Below, piece by piece: positions 1-11,188 of a stretch of DNA of 64,000 nucleotides. Position numbers and translations under genes: made by a program. Position 1 is the stretch's first letter; each line of letters starts with the position of its first letter. Source of the DNA: Ranitomeya imitator. Its lineage: Eukaryota. Under the pieces are notes generated by a model. That model did not search any database and was not told the origin of the DNA. It saw nothing but the letters and a program-made list of their open reading frames with translations. Location: positions 7,936,001 to 8,000,000 of the forward strand of contig NC_091285.1 in the NCBI RefSeq assembly GCF_032444005.1, written 5' to 3'.

Positions 1-251
1 TCACATGAGGCTGATGGTTCATACACCATTGCCGCCACCAGTTCATATGTTGGTGCACATATCCTCAGAATAACAGGAGATGAAAGGGTCAATCCCACAT
101 GGAGTCTCAGATCCTCAGTGTCGTCTGCAGAGCTCGCAGGAAATGTCCCCTCATTACTGTCTGATGCTCCGCAGTGAGGTCTACATGTAGTTAGTGTTGG
201 GGGGACGGCGGCCGCTATCAGTGACCGGTAACAATCCTCCGGGGATTATGA

Positions 252-301
252 GCGGGGAATTCAAATTCCCCAACGGATTCTGTGATCAGACAATGAGCGA
301 G
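252..301 (+). promoter_or_regulatory. E2F-like/CHR/MYB-like composite module, copy downstream of H2A
   Basis: GCGGGGAA TTCAAA TTCCC CAACGG ... ATCAGACAAT. Same architecture as 8313 and 15332. Function is inferred. Confidence 0.45.
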
Positions 302-1164
302 AAACCTCGGTAACGCTCAGCCTTCAGTGACGTACATAGACGTCTTTTCTCTCACGTTTAACTCCTTACTTGCCGTTTTCCAGCTGATCTTTTCTTTACC
401 AGAGTATCCACAGATGCGGCAGCTTCACCCCCAGGCCCCGGCAGCGCTGTGTCCCCTATACACTGCACACAATATATACACTGTGTATATACATCTACAG
501 GACAGGAGTTGTAGGGAACAGAAGCAACACCGGTGTCCCCCCATATACTGCACACACTGGATATATAAATACATGACACATCTACCCGGCTGTCACACAT
601 TGAAGACACCACCGCAGCTGTCAGACATTGAAGACACCACCGCACTGCACCCAGTAGGGCACTGTAGGAAAAGAAACAGGTTGGATTCACTACCCCCCCC
701 CCCCCCCCCCCATTAGGTGGCTTTGATGTTCTGCAGCAGTGACCGGGGAGTCTCGTGTACATAATCGCTGTTTTTCGGCAGGGGACGTTTTATGTTATCC
801 AAATCCATCTTCTTTATGTCTCCAGGGGTCCATTCTGCTGGGCGCTCCTGCCGGTCCCAATTATTATTAAACTTCCATAACATATCATCCCGCACCATAG
901 CGGAGACACTTGAGGGAAGATAGAGGCGGATTATCACCACTTCTGTCTTCTCCTTTGCTACAGCTCGAAGTATCGGCAATGCTGATGAGTACACTGGGCC
1001 CAGCGATCACTTGGCTGGATATGGAAACGTGGAGAGGAAAAACGAGGATGATGAAAGGGATTACAGCAGCACCGCACGTGCAGATGGCGGCGCCTAGAAA
1101 ATCTCGTACATCAGCCTCATTCTGGAGAGGTGCACTGCAGACATGAAGGATTGATCATCTCTCC

Positions 1165-1272
1165 CTGAGAGAGAGACTGACGAAGAGAGAGAAAGAAAGG
1201 AAGGGAGAAAGATTTACAGAAAGAAAGGAGAGAGCGAAAGAATGAAAGAGAGGAGAAAAATAGAGAGAGAGA
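1165..1272 (+). repeat. GA-rich polypurine tract (second copy about 17656-17770)
   Basis: Direct reading: gagagagactgacgaagagagagaaagaaagg... Confidence 0.85.
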
Positions 1273-3775
1273 CTGCTCTATATACTGTACACACTGTTCT
1301 ATATACTGTACACTGCTCTATATACTGTACACTGCTCTATATACTGTACACACTGCTGTATATACTGTACACTGCTCTATATACTGTACACACTGCTCTA
1401 TATACTGTACACACTGTTCTATATACTGTACACTGCTCTATATACTGTACACTGCTCTATATACTGTACACACTGCTGTATATACTGTACACTGCTCTAT
1501 ATACTGTACACTGCTCTATATACTGTACACACTGCTCTATATACTGTACACTGCTCTATATACTGTACACTGCTCTATATACTGTACACACTGCTCTATA
1601 TACTGTACACTGCTCTATATACTGTACATTCTGCTGTATATACTGTACACACTGCTCTATATACTGTACACTGCTCTATATACTGTACACTGCTCTATAT
1701 ACTGTACACTCTGCTCTATATACTGTACACACTGCTGTATATACTGTACATTCTGCTGTATATACTGTACACACTGCTCTATATACTGTACACTGCTCTA
1801 TATACTGTACACTGCTCTATATACTGTACACTCTGCTCTATATACTGTACACACTGCTCTATATACTGTACATTCTGCTGTATATACTGTACACACTGCT
1901 CTATATACTGTACACTGCTCTATATACTGTACACTGCTCTATATACTGTACACACTGCTGTATATACTGTACACAGTGCTCTATATACTGTACACTGCTC
2001 TATATACTGTACACACTGCTGTATATACTGTACACTCTGCTGTATATACTATACATTCTGCTCTATATACTGTACATTCTGCTGTATATACTGTACACAC
2101 TGCTCTATATACTGTACACTGCTCTATATACTGTACACTCTGCTCTATATACTGTACACACTGCTCTATATACTGTACATTCTGCTGTATATACTGTACA
2201 CACTGCTCTATATACTGTACACTGCTCTATATACTGTACACTGCTCTATATACTGTACACACTGCTGTATATACTGTACACACTGCTCTATATACTATAC
2301 ACTGCTCTATATACTGTACACACTGCTGTATATACTGTACACTCTGCTGTATATACTATACATTCTGCTCTATATACTGTACATTCTGCTGTATATACTG
2401 TACACACTGCTCTATATACTGTACACTGCTCTATATACTGTACACTGCTCTATATACTGTACACTCTGCTCTATATACTGTACACACTGCTGTATATACT
2501 GTACACACTGCTGTATATACTGTACACTGCTCTATATACTGTACACTCTGCTCTATATACTGTACACGCTGCTCTATATACTGTACACACTGCTCTATAT
2601 ACTGTACACTGCTCTATATACTGTACACTGCTCTATATACTGTACACACTGCTGTATATACTGTACACTCTGCTGTATATACTGTACACTCTGCTCTATA
2701 TACTGTACATTCTGCTGTATATACTGTACACACTGCTGTATATACTGTACACTCTGCTCTACATACTGTACACTCTGCTCTATATACTGTACACACTGCT
2801 GTATATACTGTACACACTGCTGTATATACTGTACACTGCTCTATATACTGTACACACTGCTGTATATACTGTACACACTGCTGTATATACTGTACACACT
2901 GCTTTATATACTATACACTCTGCTCTATATACTGTACACTCTGCTGTATATACTGTACACACTGCTGTATACTGTACACACTGCTGTATATACTGTACAC
3001 TCTGCTGTATATACTGTACACTCTGCTCTATATACTGTACACTGCTCTATATACTGTACACACTGCTGTATATACTGTACCCTCTGCTGTATATACTGTA
3101 CACACTGCTGTATATACTGTACACTCTGCTCTATATACTGTACACTGCTCTATATACTGTACACTCTGCTGTATATACTGTACATTCTGCTGTATATACT
3201 GTACACACTGCTCTATATACTGTACACTCTGCTGTATATACTGTACACACTGCTGTATACTGTACACACTGCTGTATATACTGTACACTCTGCTGTATAT
3301 ACTGTACACTCTGCTCTATATACTGTACACTGCTCTATATACTGTACACACTGCTGTATATACTGTACACTCTGCTGTATATACTGTACACACTGCTGTA
3401 TATACTGTACACTCTGCTCTATATACTGTACACTGCTCTATATACTGTACACTCTGCTGTATATACTGTACATTCTGCTGTATATACTGTACACACTGCT
3501 CTATATACTGTACACTCTGCTGTATATACTGTACACTGCTGTATATACTGTACACACTGCTCTATATACTGTACATTCTGCTGTATATACTGTACACTGC
3601 TGTATATACTGTACACTCTGCTGTATATACTGTACACTGCTCTATATACTGCACACTCTGCTGTATATACTGTACACTGCTGTATATACTGTACACTGCT
3701 GTATATACTGTACACTCTGCTGTATATACTGTACACTGCTGTATATACTGCACACTCTGCTGTATATACTGTACC
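1273..3775. repeat. Minisatellite A, 19/21-bp units CTGCT(C/G)TATATACTGTACA(+CA/CT/TT)
   Basis: Continuous tandem array, about 2.5 kb. The long LYILYT/CSIYCT ORFs are its translations. Confidence 0.97.
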
Positions 3776-4223
3776 CTCTCCTCTATTATCAGTGACACTT
3801 ATTACACTGCTGATCTGGGCTGTACAGATGTGATGTTGTGCACTATATATAGTATACAGCTGTTCTCTGTGTAGACGCTGGACTTTGTGTCTCCGCTTTT
3901 CTCCCAATATTCCCCTTTTGCACAATAGTGGGGGTCACATAAATCCATTATTATTTCAGTTTTCTCCCCGGAGATGTTCATGTGTTTGGTTGGGGAGTCG
4001 CCCGGTGCTGCTGTCGCCTTATTATCAGAGCTCTTCCCTCCATCACAGCCCGCAGCGGTCACAGCTTCACACTGGGTAAGACTCGATATCAGGCAGGTGA
4101 TTGCAATCAGCCCCCGATGTGGATCATCCACTGATGTGGAACACGTGTCCCCCAATACTCTGCACATACGGGGTACAGTGATATCACAGGTCAGGGACGG
4201 GGCAGTCAGCGGAGGCCGTCGCC

Positions 4224-4700
4224 TGTGTTACCCTTCTGGGCTCTCAGCAGCTCCAGCTCGTCCCCACATCGTACAATCAGCTTCCTGTACGATAGACATT
4301 GGAGTAAAGATCCCTGTGATAGTGACAAGAGCCGGGGACAGGAGGAACGAGCTCCCGCAGCAGATTTATCTCCCCGGTACACAGTGATGTGCAGATCGGG
4401 AGGACGGCGGCGATGATTCCGGGATTTCCTCTCCGCGATTTCTCGGCTTTTCTACTAGTGACGGCTACAAATGGCCGGTGGAGATGTTGGAGAAGGAGAA
4501 GCGATGGAGGAATCGCGCTCTGCTGTCCGGTGTTAGCCGGTAAAGGGCTTTTATCCCGGGCAGGGAAGCACAAGGGGAGAGCGGAGCTTCACCCGGACTC
4601 AGCTGGGAGGAGGCGGGGCCTGTGTCCAGTGTCAGCCAATAGATGCTCAGGACGGTGCAGCTCAGCAGCCAATCAGTGCGCAGTAAGCCTGTACATATAA
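4224..4700 (+). promoter_or_regulatory. H1 promoter: TG-box-like TGTGTTA (4224), AC-box-like AAGCACA (4566), GC box (4611), CCAAT (4636, 4669), TATA (4696)
   Basis: Motifs lie in the order known for vertebrate H1 promoters. The AC box has one mismatch to AAACACA. Confidence 0.7.
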
Positions 4701-4775
4701 CAGGCGCCTCCAGCTCCGGCCTCAGTGTTTTCCTTCCATTCAGGAAATATTTTCGTTTTGTTTCCGCAGCACATG

Positions 4776-5420
4776 ATGGCAGAGACCGCGCCAGCCGCCG
4801 CTCCCCCTCCCGCAGAACCGGCCGCCAAATCCAAGAAGCAGCCGAAGAAATCCGCCGCCAAGAAAAGCAATAAACCCTCCGGCCCCAGCGTCTCCGAGCT
4901 GATCGTGAAAGCCGTGTCCGCCTCCAAAGAGCGCAGCGGGGTGTCCCTGGCCGCCCTGAAGAAGGCTCTGTCTGCCGGAGGGTACGATGTGGAGAAGAAC
5001 AACAGCCGCCTGAAGCTGGCCGTCCGGGGTCTGGTCACCAAGGGCGCCCTCCTCCAGGTGAAGGGCAGCGGCGCCTCCGGCTCATTCAGGCTGAACAAGA
5101 AGCAGGAGACCAAGGACAAAGTGGCCAAGAAGAAGCCGGCGGCTGCGGCCAAACCCAAGAAACCCGCTGCTGCCAAGAAAGCCGCCAAATCTCCGAAGAA
5201 GCCCAAGAAGGCTCCGACCGCGGCCAAGAAGAGCCCGAAAAAGGCCAAGAAGCCCGCAGCAGCTGCGGCCAAAAAAGCCAAGAGCCCCAAGAAGCCGAAG
5301 GCCGCTCCCAAGCCCAAGAAGGTGAGGAAGAGTCCGGCTAAGAAGGCGGCGAAACCCAAAGCTGCCAAGAGTCCGGCTAAGAAGGCGGCTAAAGCCAAGA
5401 AGCCCGCGGCTAAGAAATAA
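4776..5420 (+). CDS. H1: Linker histone H1, somatic replication-dependent type, 214 aa
   Basis: [16 protein letters not shown]-terminus, globular domain [28 protein letters not shown]...[13 protein letters not shown], and a Lys/Ala/Pro tail with SPKK motifs. Start taken at the ATG downstream of the TATA box. Confidence 0.97.
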   Translation: MAETAPAAAPPPAEPAAKSKKQPKKSAAKKSNKPSGPSVSELIVKAVSASKERSGVSLAALKKALSAGGYDVEKNNSRLKLAVRGLVTKGALLQVKGSGASGSFRLNKKQETKDKVAKKKPAAAAKPKKPAAAKKAAKSPKKPKKAPTAAKKSPKKAKKPAAAAAKKAKSPKKPKAAPKPKKVRKSPAKKAAKPKAAKSPAKKAAKAKKPAAKK

Positions 5421-5449
5421 GAGGAGCCGCCCTGTCCTCATACCACAAA

Positions 5450-5490
5450 GGCTCTTATCAGAGCCACCACCTCCTCCCCGCAGAGCTGTA
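5450..5490 (+). terminator. H1 3' stem-loop GGCTCT-TATC-AGAGCC plus HDE AGAGCTGTA (5482-5490)
   Basis: Canonical 6-bp stem and 4-nt loop flanked by AAA and ACCAC. The HDE is complementary to the vertebrate U7 5' segment UACAGCUCU. Confidence 0.93.
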
Positions 5491-6652
5491 TGATCAGTGC
5501 CACCACCTCCTCCCCGCAGAGCTGTATGATCAGAGCCACCACCTCCTCCCCGCAGAGCTGTATGATCAGAGCCACCTCCTCCTCCCAGCAGAGCTGTATG
5601 ATCAGAGCCACCACCTCCTCCCCGCAGAGCTATATGATCAGTGCCACCACCTCCTCCCAGCAGAGCTGTATGATCAGAGCCACCACCTCCTCCCCGCAGA
5701 GCTATATGATCAGTGCCACCACCTCCTCCCCGCAGAGCTATATGATCAGAGCCACCACCTCCTCCCCGCAGAGCTGTATGATCAGAGCCACCACCTCCTC
5801 CCCGCAGAGCTGTATGATCAGTGCCACCACCTCCTCCCCGCAGAGCTGTATGATCAGTGCCACCACCTCCTCCCCGCAGAGCTGTATGATCAGTGCCACC
5901 ACCTCCTCCCAGCAGAGCTGTATGATCAGAGCCACCACCTCCTCCCCGCAGAGCTGTATGATCAGAGCCACCACCTCCTCCCCGCAGAGCTGTATGATCA
6001 GTGCCACCACCTCTTCCCCGCAGAGCTGTATGATCAGTGCCACCACCTCCTCCCCCCACAGCTGTATGATCAGAGCCACCACCTCCTCCTCCCCGCAGAG
6101 CTGTATGATCAGAGCCACCACCTCCTCCCCGCAGAGCTGTATGATCAGTGCCACCACCTCCTCCCCCCACAGCTGTATGATCAGAGCCACCACCTCCTCC
6201 TCCCCGCAGAGCTGTATGATCAGAGCCACCACCTCCTCCCCGCAGAGCTGTATGATCAGTGCCACCACCTCCTCCCCGCAGAGCTGTTTGATCAAAGCCA
6301 CCACCTCCTCCCTGCAGAGCTGTATGATCAGAGCCACCACCTCTTCCCCGCAGAGCTGTATGATCAGTGCCACCACCTCCTCCCCCCACAGCTGTATGAT
6401 CAGAGCCACCACCTCCTCCCCGCAGAGCTGTATGATCAGAGCCACCACCTCCTCCCCGCAGAGCTGTATGATCAGTGCCACCACCTCCTCCCCGCAGAGC
6501 TGTATGATCAGTGCCACCACCTCCTCCCCGCAGAGCTGTTTGATCAGAGCCACCACCTCCTCCCTGCAGAGCTGTATGATCAGTGCCACCTCCTCCCCGC
6601 AGAGCTGTATGATCAGAGCCACCTCCTCCTCCCCGCAGAGCTGTATGATCAG
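5457..6652 (+). repeat. Minisatellite B, 33-bp unit ATCAG(A/T)GCCACCACCTCCTCCCCGCAGAGCTGTATG, about 36 copies, derived from the H1 3'-processing signal
   Basis: The first unit begins inside the stem-loop and the array ends at ATCAG|TTCTGG. Confidence 0.95.
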
Positions 6653-6900
6653 TTCTGGATGCTGGGCGCAGTGTCAGGGTGGGGGGATGGGTGTGATCTG
6701 ATGATCACTGTACAGCGCTATACACGGGGACAGCGCAGTGACATCAGCTGCTGCAGTTCTCGCGGGTAACAGATGATGTGACCCTATTTGTGTTACAGCA
6801 GCGGCAAATGAGTGAACGGAAGAAAGAAGCATCTGGAGGAGGCGGGGTCTGTAGGGGGCGGGATTACTGGGCGGGAGGCGGAACTGCCTCCTTTGACAAT

Positions 6901-7471
<571 letters not shown>

Positions 7472-7498
7472 ATCTGCCGGCACAGACCACAACACAAA

Positions 7499-7540
7499 GG
7501 CTCTTTTCAGAGCCACCAAATCCTCCCACAGACGAGCTGA
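7499..7540 (+). terminator. H3 3' stem-loop GGCTCT-TTTC-AGAGCC plus HDE-like GACGAGCTG
   Basis: Perfect consensus stem-loop at 7499-7514. Confidence 0.93.
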
Positions 7541-7711
7541 GTCCTGAACGGTCCGTCTTCTGCGCGTATTCCCTGTATACGGAGCGCAGTGATCCGTTAT
7601 AGGCGGCGACTGCCGTGTCCGATATTTTAGGTGACGAGCGACATACAGTGATCGCTGCGCACATTCTCTGTTCTCACCCATCGGTGATTGATTGTTTTTT
7701 TCCCCCCCATT

Positions 7712-7757
7712 GTTTCGCGGTAATTTACTGATCCGTTGGTGGATTTGAATTTCCCAC
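7712..7757 (-). promoter_or_regulatory. Inverted E2F-like/CHR/MYB-like module downstream of H3 (copy at about 35357-35403)
   Basis: The minus strand reads GTGGGAAA TTCAAA TCCAC CAACGG ... CCGCGAAA. The unit-2 copy has GCGGGAAA. Confidence 0.45.
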
Positions 7758-8312
7758 TCAGTCGCTTCTCGCGCTCCGGATGATCAGAACCGATCACAAT
7801 CTGCTGGGTCCTAGTGCCGCCCGCTGTATTGCGGCTTTAAGTTCTGATCGGTGATCTCTGCGCTTATAATCTTATTTCCCCCCAGATCGGTGCTGGCCTC
7901 TTCCTCCCCTTTCTACTAAGTATTATTATGTCTTGAGTGAATCTATTGTGCCTGACACTGATCGGAGCAGATCCCTCCTTGTGCCCTGCTATGGGTCGCT
8001 ACAGGTCACATTTGTGGTGGGAGGATCGTTATGTAATTATCGTATATTTGAGTTTTCCATCTTCTCCGGGGCTGGAGCCGCCCGGGCACTGGTTGCCTGC
8101 AGCTCCCTGCGTTGTAGTGACCTGTAATGGCCGCCGAGCACTGAGTGCAGTGACTGCCGGGGATCAGATGAGTCTTGTGCTGATTTAATTCTACTCTCTA
8201 ACATTTGACAGAAGCTGGAAAATCTCAACAGAAACAACAATGAAGGGAAAACCCCAAGTTACTAACATCGAGATGAGAAGAATAGAGAAGCGGGGAAATA
8301 ACAGCACAATAA

Positions 8313-8810
<498 letters not shown>

Positions 8811-8836
8811 TTGTTCTCTTCTGTCCTCACCCCAAA

Positions 8837-8878
8837 GGCTCTTATCAGAGCCGCCCACATCTTCTAAGAAAAAGCCGT
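8837..8878 (+). terminator. H4 3' stem-loop GGCTCT-TATC-AGAGCC plus a purine-rich downstream element
   Basis: Stem-loop at 8837-8852, followed by AAGAAAAAGCCG. Confidence 0.9.
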
Positions 8879-10084
8879 GACCTCGAATATGAGCCATCAG
8901 CGGCTGAAGCAGAAGGGCGTCCGGATATACAGCGGTATATGGGGGCAACTACGGATGGGATATAGACCGAGCTATATACATTCCAGCCCTGGACACTTAC
9001 TGCTCTATACCGCTATATCCCAGTATGCAGCACTATATGGGGGTACAAAGTGCTGTTTACAAGGACACGTTTCTATATAGAGGTATTTATTTCTACATGG
9101 AAGGTTTACAGCTGTATTTGGGGATTACAGGGAATATACAGCGCTATACGGGGGAAATGTCCCTCATTACTGTCTGATACTCCGCTGTAGTTAGCACGTC
9201 CCGGAGTATCGGGGGGACGGCGGCCTCTCCCGGAGGACGATCCCGTGTGCGGCGGCTCAGGAGGGCAGGACTCCGCGCTGTAATCTCCACCGACCACTCA
9301 GGTCTCAGGTTATTTGGAGAATCATGTTATACCAGATGACTGAGACCCCAGAATATCAGATCTGGGGAGCAAAGGGTTAAATCCAGGCGCCACTGATCCC
9401 AGCGACTCGCTGAGAACTGACCCGATCAGTAGTGAAGGCTCCGAGCTGTGGAGGAGCTCAGCCCCGGATCTCACCATCACCCTCCTCAGCGTTCAGCCTT
9501 CACCTCTATTGCGCCACCTGCTGTTTGTCCCGTCTCTAGAGACCCGGGCTGCGCAGCCGCAGACACGGCGGGATCACTGGAGCGGACACGGGAGCATGGA
9601 CGTCGGTCGGTGTCGGGTCGGACGATCCGCTCTTGTATCCTGATCCCTCACTGGATCCCTGATTAGTGGCGCAGGATCCGCAGAACATGGACATAGCGGG
9701 AGCCGGTACACGGACTGATCGGTGGCCGCATCATCCTCGCAGGTGATTTGTGGCTTCGGACATTCCCGCTCCGTTACTGACGGTTCTCACCAGTTGTTTC
9801 TGGTTGGGGAAATGTCGCAGCGATCAGTCCTGGGCTCTGAACATACAATCTGGTCAGCTGTGAGAGAGGGATCCGGGTGAGGAGCACAGGGGAGAGGCCG
9901 AGACCCGATCACTGCACCTCTGCTTCTTGCAATATGCGGCGTCCTCCGATCACATGCGACAGTGAGAAGATCAGTGAGAGAATCGCACCGACCCGATAGC
10001 AATAAAGTCACAACCGACAGCAAAGTTATCAGGTAGATCACAGGATCTACTGAGGTAAAAGCTCCTATATGGAAGAATGCAGCA

Positions 10085-10550
10085 CTAAACGGGGGTATAC
10101 ATCACTATACACGGGTAAAAACGGTACATGGGGGATTCCAGCGCTATATGGAGGGTGTGCAGTACAACATGGTGTTTGTAGCGCTATAAGGGGAGTATAT
10201 AGCACATATGGACGGAGGGTTTACAGCGCTATATGCGATACACAGCATTATGTGTAAGGTATACAGCGCAATATGAGGGTATACATTGCTATATGGGCAT
10301 ACACCGCAGTATACGGGGGTAAGCAGCAGTATATGGGGGTTTACAGTACAATATGAGGGTATACATTGCTATATGGGCATACACCGCAGTATATGGGGGT
10401 TTACAGCACAATATGAGGGTATACATTGCTATATGGGCATACACCGCAGTATATGGGGGTTTACAGCACAATATGAGGGTATACATTGCTATATGGGCAT
10501 ACACCGCAGTATACGGGGTAAGCAGCAGTATATGGGGGTTATAGCACAAT
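10085..10550. repeat. Degenerate ~20-bp minisatellite with a 60-bp higher-order unit (10271-10540)
   Basis: atatgagggtatacattgctatatgggcatacaccgcagtatatgggggtttacagcaca recurs at 10351, 10411 and 10471. A related degenerate tract lies at about 8925-9150. Confidence 0.85.
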
Positions 10551-10636
10551 CTGGGGGCGCGGTCCATGGGGAGGAGATCATTTATGGAATATCCAATGAA
10601 CTGCCGAGGGCGGAGCTTCTGATGTTGATCACCTGA

Positions 10637-11143
<507 letters not shown>

Positions 11144-11172
11144 NNNNNCCGTGCTCCGCTCCTCACCCCAAA

Positions 11173-11188
11173 GGCTCTTCTAAGAGCC
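11173..11188 (+). terminator. H2B 3' stem-loop GGCTCT-TCTA-AGAGCC followed by ACCCA
   Basis: Consensus stem with CCCCAAA on the 5' side and ACCCAC on the 3' side. Confidence 0.93.

Noticed and set aside
1242-3925. LYILYT/CSIYCT long ORFs, also 17733-20727 including the apparent fusion with the 42-aa monomer peptide
   Set aside because: Minisatellite translations. The 126-bp monomer being a multiple of 3 is not evidence of coding.
4725-4775. N-terminal extension of H1 ([17 protein letters not shown])
   Set aside because: It starts at a GTG near the expected cap site. The conserved H1 N-terminus begins at MAET. Use of the adjacent ATG at 4773 cannot be excluded.
4673-5398. Antisense ORFs over H1, H3, H4 and H2A
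   Set aside because: Shadows of GC-rich codon usage with no independent signals.
5457-6652. CRISPR-like regular repeats
   Set aside because: There are no unique spacers and no cas genes, and the context is eukaryotic.
10001-10006. AATAAA about 1.1 kb after H4 (another near 14991) as a fallback poly(A) signal
   Set aside because: No clear downstream GU-rich element, and hexamers are expected by chance.
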